NCBI GenBank assembly: GCA_965231215.1
Contig: OZ246423.1
Location: 96,001 to 160,000 of the forward strand
DNA length: 64,000 bases
Origin: Candidatus Altimarinota bacterium
GTDB taxonomy: Bacteria; Patescibacteriota; Gracilibacteria; UBA4473
Direction: 5' to 3'
The notes under the pieces are model-generated. The model ran no database searches and was not told the DNA's origin. It saw nothing but the letters and a program-made list of their open reading frames with translations. Positions 30,985 to 39,841 of the stretch are shown here, one piece after another (the stretch's first letter is position 1; each line of letters starts with the position of its first letter). The position numbers were made by a program, and so were the translations under genes.

Positions 30985-32232
30985 ATGCCTACACAAGGAA
31001 ATGCCCTAAAGAAGCTGAAAGAAGCCATTATTCGAGGAGAAGTCCCTGCTATCCTGGAAGGAACGATGCTCCTTTCTCTAGAAAAAGGGGCTTCAGATAT
31101 TCATATTGAACCTCGTAGGAACAATGTAGAACTTCGTCTAAGAGTAGATGGGGTATTGACTCATATTGTAGAGTACCCAAATAACATGCATCCAGGTTTG
31201 GTGTCTAAGACCAAACTGATGTCGAATCTTAAGATTGATGAATCTCGAGTGCCTCAAGATGGACGTATTTCTACTTGGGTTGGCGAAAAAGAAGTGGATC
31301 TACGGGTCTCAACTCTACCAACCGTGAATGGAGAAAAAATCGTAATGAGGGTTTTGGATAAATCGAAAAAAATTCCAACCTTAGATAAATTGGGTATTGT
31401 TGGAAGAAATCTCAAACTCTTTCAATTCGCTATTGAACAGCCCAATGGAGTGATTTTAACCTCTGGACCGACTGGGTCTGGAAAAACAACCACGATGTAC
31501 TCAGCCATGAGTTATGTAAATAGTCCTGAGGTAAACATCATGACGCTTGAAGATCCGGTGGAAAATCAAATGGAAGGACTCAATCAAAGCCAGATGAAAC
31601 CTCTCATTGGGTATACTTTTGCTTCGGGGTTACGTACGGCTCTCCGTCAAGATCCTGACATCATTATGGTGGGGGAAATCCGGGATAAAGAAACCATTGA
31701 TATTGCTATTGAAGCCTCCCTTACAGGACATCTGGTACTCTCTACCATCCATACCAATTCAGCGGTAGAAACCATTACCCGTATTCTCAACATGAAAGTA
31801 CCAGACTTTCTGCTTACCGCTGCCGTAAATCTGATTATTGCCCAAAGACTTTCAAGACGCCTTTGCCCTTACTGTAAACAGCCTTCTAAACCCAGTCCTG
31901 ATGCGATTAAAAAGGTAAAAGAAGCCTTTAAAGTTTTTAAGCCCTATGAAGGATTTGATACCTCTATCTTTACTGATCCTAAATTCTATGTAGCTAAAGA
32001 AGGCGGATGTGAAGAATGTGAAGGACAAGGATACAAAGGCCGAATCGGTATTTATGAAATTTTAGTAATGAGCGAACCTATCAAAAAAGCTATTCTAGAA
32101 GGAATGCCTTCACTAGAGGTTCAAAGAGTCGCCCAAGAAGACGGTATGATCACCTTAGAACAAGATGGTTTGATCAAGGTTATGCAGGGCGTAACTTCTA
32201 TGGAAGAGGTTTACAAACTTGTTAAAGAGTAG
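30985..32232 (+). CDS. pilB: Type IV pilus/GspE-family assembly ATPase, short form
   Basis: ASDIHIEP, PQDGR, GPTGSGKTT, EDPVE, RQDPD, TGHLVLSTIH, tetracysteine motif. Confidence 0.95.
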   Translation: MPTQGNALKKLKEAIIRGEVPAILEGTMLLSLEKGASDIHIEPRRNNVELRLRVDGVLTHIVEYPNNMHPGLVSKTKLMSNLKIDESRVPQDGRISTWVGEKEVDLRVSTLPTVNGEKIVMRVLDKSKKIPTLDKLGIVGRNLKLFQFAIEQPNGVILTSGPTGSGKTTTMYSAMSYVNSPEVNIMTLEDPVENQMEGLNQSQMKPLIGYTFASGLRTALRQDPDIIMVGEIRDKETIDIAIEASLTGHLVLSTIHTNSAVETITRILNMKVPDFLLTAAVNLIIAQRLSRRLCPYCKQPSKPSPDAIKKVKEAFKVFKPYEGFDTSIFTDPKFYVAKEGGCEECEGQGYKGRIGIYEILVMSEPIKKAILEGMPSLEVQRVAQEDGMITLEQDGLIKVMQGVTSMEEVYKLVKE

Positions 32233-32244
32233 TATAATCAGGAG

Positions 32245-33597
32245 ATGGCAGAAAATATAAATCAAAATCCAAGCCCTCAGCCACAAGTCCAATCAGGACT
32301 TGGGGGAGGCGCTGCCGCAAACCCTTTTGAAGGGGTACAACTTCCAAATGCTTTTAATAGCCCTGCTCAAGGGACAGTGCCACAAGCTCAAAATACTAAC
32401 GCCGTTACAAACGTAGCCAACCAATCTAACACCAATGGAAATGAAACTATTGTCTTAGATATTAAAGAAGACAAGACCAAGAAAATAGAAGCCCAAGAAG
32501 AAGCCGCACCATCAATATTGGATGCTATTAACAACTATTTGATCAACCTCTCTGGGATTAAACTAGATGAAAAATTACTTTTCTTCCAGCTTCTTGGATC
32601 AATGGTAGGAGCTGGACTTCCAATTATTGATGCCCTCAATCTTTTGATTGCTCAGACTAAGAATGAAAAATTCAAACGAGTAATCACCGATATGCGACAC
32701 CAAATTGAAGATGGGGAAAGTCTAGCCGCTGCCATGCGGAATAATGATGATGTATTTGATGAAGCCACGTGTTCCGTAATTGAAGCCGGTGAAAAATCCG
32801 GGAAACTGAACGCCATTCTAAAAGAACTAGTAGACCAATACGAACAACTCAGCACCCTTACTAAAAAAATGAAATCAGTAATGACCTACCCCGTAGTGGT
32901 AATCATTACGATGTTTGTACTTACTGGTGTAGTCCTTATTTTTGTAGTACCAAAACTAGAAGAACTTTTCGGTGGGGCGAGTAACCTTCCCCTTCCAACC
33001 CGAATTCTGATTACGGGTAGTAATATTATGCTCAGCTACTGGTACTATATCATCATTGGGATTATTGGATCTGTATATGCCTTCTTTAAATGGAAAAAAA
33101 GTAAGGTTGGAGGGAAACAATGGGCTGGATTACTACTCAGAGCGCCCATATTTGGGCAGATCCTTCAAAAAATGATTCTGACTCGAGTAACTCGTATTTT
33201 TGGATTTCTTATTTCAGCTGGAGTCCCCGTAGTAGAAAGTCTCAAAATTGCTTCACATATTGCCGAAAGTCCAATGTACCAAGAAAAACTTCTACTAGCT
33301 GCAGACGATCTAACCAAAGGTATCTCTATTGCCGAAAACCTTTCTGATGATGAAAGACTCTTTCCTACTATGCTCGTAAATATGATGGCCATTGGAGAAA
33401 AAACAGCTTCTCTTGATACCGTCATGGGGAAAGCCGCAGACTTTTATAAAGAAGAACTTGAACGAAAAATTGATGGTCTATCTAAAATGATGGAACCCAT
33501 TATTCTGGGAATTATTGCCTGTGGGGCCGTATTTATGATTTTAGCAATTTATCTCCCAATCCTGAAAATGAACGACCAGGTTGTTGGTGGATTTTAA
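32245..33597 (+). CDS. pilC: Type IV pilus platform protein (GspF family)
   Basis: AGLPI..AL, GE.SG.L, TYP, LPLPT, GEKT..L, EP, AIYLPI; low-complexity N-terminus. Confidence 0.95.
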   Translation: MAENINQNPSPQPQVQSGLGGGAAANPFEGVQLPNAFNSPAQGTVPQAQNTNAVTNVANQSNTNGNETIVLDIKEDKTKKIEAQEEAAPSILDAINNYLINLSGIKLDEKLLFFQLLGSMVGAGLPIIDALNLLIAQTKNEKFKRVITDMRHQIEDGESLAAAMRNNDDVFDEATCSVIEAGEKSGKLNAILKELVDQYEQLSTLTKKMKSVMTYPVVVIITMFVLTGVVLIFVVPKLEELFGGASNLPLPTRILITGSNIMLSYWYYIIIGIIGSVYAFFKWKKSKVGGKQWAGLLLRAPIFGQILQKMILTRVTRIFGFLISAGVPVVESLKIASHIAESPMYQEKLLLAADDLTKGISIAENLSDDERLFPTMLVNMMAIGEKTASLDTVMGKAADFYKEELERKIDGLSKMMEPIILGIIACGAVFMILAIYLPILKMNDQVVGGF

Positions 33598-33657
33598 GCA
33601 CCGCAAAAAAAACCCTGATTCTTTGACTTTTTTATTCCAAATTCTACCTTCTAAGGG

Positions 33658-34248
33658 ATGGAAGATTTAGTCGCGGAATACGGTGTATGGGCGATTGCTT
33701 TCTTTGTTTTAGGGGATGACTTTGGACTCCCCTTTTTTCCCCCTGGGATTATGCTTTTTGCCTATAGCGCCATGGCAAAAACTCATACCCTAAACCTTTG
33801 GCCTATTATCTTCATTGCTTTAACGATTCCCCCCTTCGCCAACTACTGTCTATTTTTTGCAGGAAAAAGAGGATTAAGAATCTACCTAGAGCATCACGGA
33901 CACAAATTTTATCTCCCAAAACATCGTATAAAAAAGGCTGAAGAAATCCTTTCCAGACATGGAGAAAAAGCTATATTTTTTGCCGCATGTTGGAGCACTA
34001 TTCGGCCATTTTGCTCGTTAGTAGCTGGATCACTCGGGATGAATACCTCTAAATTTATGTTCTACCATTATCTGGGGGTAATGACCTGGGCTACCTTTTT
34101 AATAGGAGGCGGATACTACTTCGGAGCTGACGCTTGGGTCTGGGTAGAAACTAACTGGAAATATGTATTGCTTGGACTCATGGGATTAATTCCCGCCTAT
34201 TTTTATTGGTACAGTTACTTCCATAAGACCGAAACCAAAAAGAAATAA
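33658..34248 (+). CDS. DedA-family membrane protein
   Basis: GLPFFPPG, HGEKAIF, IR...SLVAG...M, W...GGYYFG. Confidence 0.88.
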   Translation: MEDLVAEYGVWAIAFFVLGDDFGLPFFPPGIMLFAYSAMAKTHTLNLWPIIFIALTIPPFANYCLFFAGKRGLRIYLEHHGHKFYLPKHRIKKAEEILSRHGEKAIFFAACWSTIRPFCSLVAGSLGMNTSKFMFYHYLGVMTWATFLIGGGYYFGADAWVWVETNWKYVLLGLMGLIPAYFYWYSYFHKTETKKK

Positions 34249-34289
34249 GCTTCGAAAAAAATCCTATTTGCGTATGATGTCGTCGTTAT

Positions 34290-35624
34290 ATGCCACAAAT
34301 GACCAAAAAAATTTTAGTAATCGGAAACGGAGGACGTGAACACGCTATCATCGAAGCCCTATCACGTTCACCACAAAACGTCACTATCTATAACTTTGCC
34401 AATGCTTTAAATCCAGGGATTAATGCGTTATGTGAAGAAGTTATTGTAGGCGATTATATGGATATGGAAGCGGTAAAGACCATAGGCGCAAAAATTCAAC
34501 CAGACTTTGCCATCGTTGGGCCAGACGATCCTATCGGGGCCGGAGCAACAGATGCCTTAAATGAAATAGGAATACCAAGTTTTTCTCCGAACAAAAATTG
34601 TGCTCAACTTGAAAGTTCTAAATCTTTTACCCGAAACCTCTGTCATAAATACGACATCCCAGGACAACCCACCTACATGGTGTCTCAAAAATCAGACGAA
34701 ACTAAAACTCGAAAAACCTTCTTTAATCAGCTCGAAGGTCAGGTTGTAGTCAAAGCTGATGGGCTCCTGGGTGGAAAAGGCGTAATCGTCGCAGGAGATC
34801 ACTTTGAAACATTCGAAGAAGCTGAAGATTTCGCCCTGCAGTCTATTGAAAAATTTGGTCGCGTAGTCCTAGAAGAAAAACTTATCGGAGAAGAATTTTC
34901 CCTTATCTCCCTTGTCGATGGGGAAACCGTTCTGGACACCCCTGCTATCCAAGACCATAAAAGAGCTTTCGAAGGTGACACCGGCCCCAATACCGGGGGC
35001 ATGGGATGTATTTCAGATGAAAATCATTCCCTCCCCTTTCTTACTCAAAAGGATTTAGAAGCAGCCCACGAAATTACCGTCCAAACTATGAAAGCGGTTG
35101 AAACCGAGACTGGTACTAGATTTATAGGGGTTATGTACGGAGGGTTTATGGTCACCAAAAATGGAGTCAAACTCATTGAATACAATGCTCGATTTGGTGA
35201 TCCAGAAGCGCTTAATATTCTCCCAATACTGGAAACTGACTTTGTAAAAGTGTGTGAAAAAGCTATAGCTAAAGATCTAAAATCAATCGGAAAACTTCAG
35301 TTCAAACCCGTAGCCACGGTCGTCAAATACCTCTGCCCAGAAGGCTACCCCACTAAAGCTGTCAAAAACGTGCCTATCGAATTTAACGGTAACGATACGG
35401 AAGGTATCTACTACGCCTCTGTAGAGGAAAAAAATAAGGAAAAGCTCTTAAAAGGTTCCCGAGCGGTCGGAATCTTAGGAACAGGGGTCCATTTGGAAGA
35501 AGCCCGAATCAACTGTGACCAAAAAATAAAACAATTCAGCGGTCCCCTCTTTTCACGAAAAGACATTGGAACCCAGGCATTAATCCAAAAACGAATCGAT
35601 CATATGCATCAGGTTCGAGGTTAG
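34290..35624 (+). CDS. purD: Phosphoribosylamine-glycine ligase
   Basis: IGNGGREH, LESSK, KADGL.GGKGV, QDHKR...GPNTGGMG, EYNARFGDPE. Confidence 0.97.
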   Translation: MPQMTKKILVIGNGGREHAIIEALSRSPQNVTIYNFANALNPGINALCEEVIVGDYMDMEAVKTIGAKIQPDFAIVGPDDPIGAGATDALNEIGIPSFSPNKNCAQLESSKSFTRNLCHKYDIPGQPTYMVSQKSDETKTRKTFFNQLEGQVVVKADGLLGGKGVIVAGDHFETFEEAEDFALQSIEKFGRVVLEEKLIGEEFSLISLVDGETVLDTPAIQDHKRAFEGDTGPNTGGMGCISDENHSLPFLTQKDLEAAHEITVQTMKAVETETGTRFIGVMYGGFMVTKNGVKLIEYNARFGDPEALNILPILETDFVKVCEKAIAKDLKSIGKLQFKPVATVVKYLCPEGYPTKAVKNVPIEFNGNDTEGIYYASVEEKNKEKLLKGSRAVGILGTGVHLEEARINCDQKIKQFSGPLFSRKDIGTQALIQKRIDHMHQVRG

Positions 35625-35721
35625 GCAAAAATGGCTCTGTATGGAGAAATAGGTTGTTTTTGTCACCCTCTACCACTTCACCTTGATATCGGAATACAAG
35701 ATCGGTAAGCTGCTCACACTT

Positions 35722-36831
35722 ATGGGAAACATAGATAAAGGACTCTTTTTTGCCTTCGTGGGCCTCACCGTTTTTGGATTAGTGATGATGAGTTCTATGA
35801 GTGTGGCAGGGAGTTTTGAAGTAACCGGAAGGAACGATTACTACTTCCTCAGGCATCTTTTATATATCGTGCTCGGAATCCCTGTTTTTTTGATTGCCCT
35901 CAAATTCCCCTATGACTTGTTGCGGAAAATTTCTCCATTAGGATTTGTCTTTGCCATTACCTTACTGCTTTTGGTACTAATTATTGGCCAAGATTTTGGT
36001 ACCGCGGCAAAATCCTGGCTCCGTATAGGGCCTCTCTCCTTGCAACCGGTAGAAGTCGCAAAATTAGCCGTAATAGTCTTTTTAGCCGCCATCTATTCTA
36101 GTGGGAAAAATCGTGTAGACACACTACAAGGCGGATTCATGCCCTTCGTATTTGTATTGGGAATACCAACATTATTGATTATGGCACAGCCTGATTTTGG
36201 ATCACTACTAGTAATGACCACTATCGCTGGAACGCTTTATTTTGTAGCTGGAGCAAATTTAAAACACTTTTTTGGAGGTATTATTGCCGGAGTTTTGGGG
36301 GCCACACTCGTCATTCTTACCAATCCTTATATCGCGAAAAGATTTCAAGTATTTATGAACCCAGAACTAGACCCCTTAGGCGCCGGATTTCAGGTAAAAC
36401 AAGCCCTTATTGCCATTGGTTCTGGAGGACTTTTTGGACGAGGATTCCAAAACTCTATCCAGAAATTTGATTACCTTCCAGAAGTACAATCTGACACTAT
36501 TTTCGCAGCTATTTCTGAAGAAATGGGATTTGTACGAATCTTATGCCTGATTGGCATTTACTTTTATATTGGGTACCGAGGATTATACGTAGCGCGGAAT
36601 GCTCCGGACAAGTTCACACAGTTGCTCGCTATAGGTATTAGCGCCTGGATTGTAGGACAAGCCTGTATCAATATTGGCGTAAATCTAGCGCTCCTCCCTA
36701 ATACCGGGATCACCCTACCCCTCCTTTCCTACGGAGGAAGTTCCCTCTGGGCGACCTTTGCTGGTATGGGAATACTACTCCATATATCAGCCAATATTAA
36801 AACTCCTGGAAAACGTCGCTACAACTTCTAA
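35722..36831 (+). CDS. ftsW: SEDS-family peptidoglycan polymerase FtsW
   Basis: QPVEVAK, QPDFG, GSGG, YLPE..SDTIF, GITLPLLSYGGSS; upstream of murG; ATG 35722 preferred over TTG 35683. Confidence 0.93.
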   Translation: MGNIDKGLFFAFVGLTVFGLVMMSSMSVAGSFEVTGRNDYYFLRHLLYIVLGIPVFLIALKFPYDLLRKISPLGFVFAITLLLLVLIIGQDFGTAAKSWLRIGPLSLQPVEVAKLAVIVFLAAIYSSGKNRVDTLQGGFMPFVFVLGIPTLLIMAQPDFGSLLVMTTIAGTLYFVAGANLKHFFGGIIAGVLGATLVILTNPYIAKRFQVFMNPELDPLGAGFQVKQALIAIGSGGLFGRGFQNSIQKFDYLPEVQSDTIFAAISEEMGFVRILCLIGIYFYIGYRGLYVARNAPDKFTQLLAIGISAWIVGQACINIGVNLALLPNTGITLPLLSYGGSSLWATFAGMGILLHISANIKTPGKRRYNF

Positions 36832-36834
36832 ACT

Positions 36835-37977
36835 ATGCCTAAGAAAATATTACTGGTTGGTGGAGGTACGGGGGGGCATATCCTCCCACTCAAAAACCTG
36901 GCCCAAGAATTACTGGATAAAAAAGCCACCGTACATTTGGTAGTAGCCGACACCTTTTTGGACAAAAAAATTATTCAAGAAAACTTTAATACCAAGCACC
37001 TCAAAGTCCATTACCTTAAAGCGCATAAGATAGACTATCACTTTAGTCTCAGAAATTTCGTAGCCCCATTTAAAATTATAGGTTCACTCTGGGCCGCTAG
37101 AAAATTAGTGAAATCTATAAATCCTGATGTGATATTTTTTAAAGGGGGATTTGTGGGCTTACCAATTCTGGTTGCCGTAAAATTTCTGATAAGTTCAACC
37201 TATTGGAGATCCTCAAACACAAGTAATTCGAAGAATGTCGAAAATTTACGAGATAAACGTACCAAATCCGTACGCGTTCAAAAAAATTCTTCCAGTGACG
37301 AAGAAGGACGAGCTATTTCAGGGGTTCCAAAAATTTACCTACATGAATCAGATATAACCAGCGGCAAACTCACCCAAATTTTTACTAAATATGCTGACCG
37401 GATATTCCAAAATTTTGGGAAAAATCCAATGCCTCTTTTCTATTGGCCAAAGAAGCTGCCAAAAGTGAGCCAAAAAACAAAACCTCAAATTCTTATTTTT
37501 GGAGGATCTCAAGGGGCACAGTTTCTAAACAAAATCATTACTAAAAATGGAGAAGCGTTATGCAAAAATTTTTTTATTACATTAGTAACAGGCCCCAATA
37601 ATAGCGTCTTATTTGAGAACAAAAATTTTGAACAATATGAATTATTACCACAAGCAACCTTAATCCAAAAAATTCTCGAATCTGACATTGTCATAGCCAG
37701 AAGCGGCGCTTCTATCTTCCAAGTTTTAGCCGCACGAAAACGCCTTATTTGTGTCCCCCTTCCTACTTCAGCGCGAAACCATCAGCTTCACAATGCACAG
37801 TACTTTGAACGTCAGGGGCTGGCCTATACCCTCAAACAGAATGCCCAAACCAACCAAAAACTCATCCCCACCATCAAAAAAATTTTGAAAGACCCACACC
37901 TTTCAAAAAACCTGAAAAAGGCTCCTATAACTGAAGCCTCTAAAGATATTGCCCAAGCCATTTTACATTCATCATAA
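36835..37977 (+). CDS. murG: MurG glycosyltransferase with an internal insertion of about 44 aa
   Basis: GGGTGGHI, KGGFV, HESD, GGSQGA, RSGA, HQ..NA. Confidence 0.9.
   Translation: MPKKILLVGGGTGGHILPLKNLAQELLDKKATVHLVVADTFLDKKIIQENFNTKHLKVHYLKAHKIDYHFSLRNFVAPFKIIGSLWAARKLVKSINPDVIFFKGGFVGLPILVAVKFLISSTYWRSSNTSNSKNVENLRDKRTKSVRVQKNSSSDEEGRAISGVPKIYLHESDITSGKLTQIFTKYADRIFQNFGKNPMPLFYWPKKLPKVSQKTKPQILIFGGSQGAQFLNKIITKNGEALCKNFFITLVTGPNNSVLFENKNFEQYELLPQATLIQKILESDIVIARSGASIFQVLAARKRLICVPLPTSARNHQLHNAQYFERQGLAYTLKQNAQTNQKLIPTIKKILKDPHLSKNLKKAPITEASKDIAQAILHSS
37201..37332. repeat. Palindromic element inserted in frame in murG
   Basis: Imperfect terminal IR (TATTGGAGATCCTCA / TCAGGGGTTCCAAAA) with nested IRs GAAGAAT/ATTCTTC and CGTAC/GTACG. 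Confidence 0.55.
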
Positions 37978-38001
37978 AACACTTAAACTCAGTGCACCCA
38001 C

Positions 38002-39591
38002 ATGGCCCTTTTTCTTAAATACAGACCGCAGACTTTTGCTGATCTTGTTGGACAAGACAGTGTGAGAAGAACCTTGCAAAATGCGCTTAAGGCTGAACGG
38101 CCATCACACGCCTATCTTTTTGCCGGCTCCAGGGGTACCGGTAAAACTTCTACAGCTCGTATTTTTGCTAAAGGGCTCAACTGTACCAATCTTGTAGACG
38201 GCAACCCGTGTGGTAAATGCGACTTTTGCGTCGGAACGGCCAACGGAACCCTCGTTGATGTAATTGAAATTGATGCCGCTTCAAACCGAGGCATTGATGA
38301 AATCCGTGACCTTCGAGAAAAAATACAATTCGCCCCAAACCTCGCCCAGCGAAAAGTCTACATCATTGATGAAGTGCATATGCTAACTAAAGAAGCTTTT
38401 AATGCCCTCCTCAAAACCCTAGAAGAACCACCAGATCACGCTTTTTTCTGTTTAGCCACTACTGAAATTCACAAAATCCCTGAAACCATCGTTTCACGAT
38501 GTCAGACATTTTTGTTTCAACGATTCACCCTAGATCAACTCATAGATAGGTTGATCAAAATTTGTGAACAAGAAGGAGTTACCTTTGAAAAAGAAGCCCT
38601 AGATCTTATCGCCAGAAAAGCCGAAGGAGGCCTTCGAGACGCTATCTCATTGCTAGAACAAACGGCTAGTGAAATGGATCAAAATCTTACAACTGACAAT
38701 GTACGAGAAAGTCTCGGCATTGCCTCAAGTCAAACCCTGACAGACCTCTATAAGGCCCTCGAAAAACAAGATACTCAAGCTGGTATTGAATTGCTCAAAA
38801 GTGTCGCCATGAATGGACAAGACTTTAGATCTTTTGGACATGATTTTTTAGGATTCCTAAGAGAACAGATGTTTAAAGCTCTGAAGGAAGGGCAAGAAGT
38901 ACACTTTATTCTACACGCTATTGAGGAATTTGAAAAAGCCCTTCAAAGGCTCAAAACCTCCCCTATTATTGAACTTCCCCTCGAAATTGCCGTTATCAAC
39001 CTGACTCAAAGTGTATCGCAAGCCACTCCTCTCCCTCCAAAAACCGTAACACCTCCCCCCTCAGTTGCCAAACCCATTGAAGGAACCACCGCATCTGAGC
39101 CGGAACCAATGCCTTCTAAGTCAGAGTCAAAAGCCAAAACTGAACCGGAACCTAAAGCCAAAGTAGAAAATTCAAATAATAATGGGTTTGTCTTTGAAGA
39201 TGAAGACCCCGCTACCGCTCCTAAACCCCCAACAGTTGAACCCAAAACGAAACCCGAACCGGTATCCTCAAACAGCCCTAGTGATCTCTCTCCACAGGGG
39301 ATTAGTGCTCAAATGGAAACCATTGCCCAAAAGGCCGAACTACCAGTATTTGTAAAGAAGTCGTTTCTTACTACCACCCCAGAAGTAGTAGGCAATGCCG
39401 TAACCTTCAATACTGACTCTGAGTTTCATAGAGAAAAACTAGATACCCCAGAAATAGTCGGAAGAATTATCAGCATTATAAATGCTCTTTTTAATACAGA
39501 GTGTCAGGTAAAATTTCAAAAAAAAGGAGGCACTTCAAATAGTACACCACAAAGCCAAGCAGCCACGGCTGATGATTTTTTGAACTTTTAG
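38002..39591 (+). CDS. dnaX: DNA polymerase III subunit gamma/tau
   Basis: KYRPQTF, GSRGTGKT, EIDAASN, IIDEVHML, NALLKTLEEPP, SRC. Confidence 0.98.
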   Translation: MALFLKYRPQTFADLVGQDSVRRTLQNALKAERPSHAYLFAGSRGTGKTSTARIFAKGLNCTNLVDGNPCGKCDFCVGTANGTLVDVIEIDAASNRGIDEIRDLREKIQFAPNLAQRKVYIIDEVHMLTKEAFNALLKTLEEPPDHAFFCLATTEIHKIPETIVSRCQTFLFQRFTLDQLIDRLIKICEQEGVTFEKEALDLIARKAEGGLRDAISLLEQTASEMDQNLTTDNVRESLGIASSQTLTDLYKALEKQDTQAGIELLKSVAMNGQDFRSFGHDFLGFLREQMFKALKEGQEVHFILHAIEEFEKALQRLKTSPIIELPLEIAVINLTQSVSQATPLPPKTVTPPPSVAKPIEGTTASEPEPMPSKSESKAKTEPEPKAKVENSNNNGFVFEDEDPATAPKPPTVEPKTKPEPVSSNSPSDLSPQGISAQMETIAQKAELPVFVKKSFLTTTPEVVGNAVTFNTDSEFHREKLDTPEIVGRIISIINALFNTECQVKFQKKGGTSNSTPQSQAATADDFLNF

Positions 39592-39841
39592 TTTCCGTTG
39601 GAATCTCCTCTTTATCTGTAAGAGGAAAAAATAAGAAAATCTGTAACGAAACTAAACTAGAGCCGTTTCACTCTATAGTATGAAAAATCTTTACGCATCT
39701 GGAATTTTCTGGTGAGGCTTGTGTTTGCCCCAAGTACTCACTTTTCAATTTTTATGTGAGTACGCCGTAAAATTTTTCATAAAATCCACAAAAGGCGCAG
39801 GCTCGCATAAGTCGGCCTTTTTTGTTATAATACTTCAACCT

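Noticed and set aside
38281-38300. CGA reassigned to Trp
   Set aside because: CGA encodes the conserved Arg in DnaX ASNRG, and the UCG tRNA carries the Arg identity element A20.
39515-39530. dnaX programmed frameshift at an A-run
   Set aside because: The run lies about 20 codons from the stop, too late to make a gamma subunit.
39587-39825. SRP RNA next to dnaX
   Set aside because: No CAGG...GGAA...AGCAG helix-8 motif was seen on either strand.
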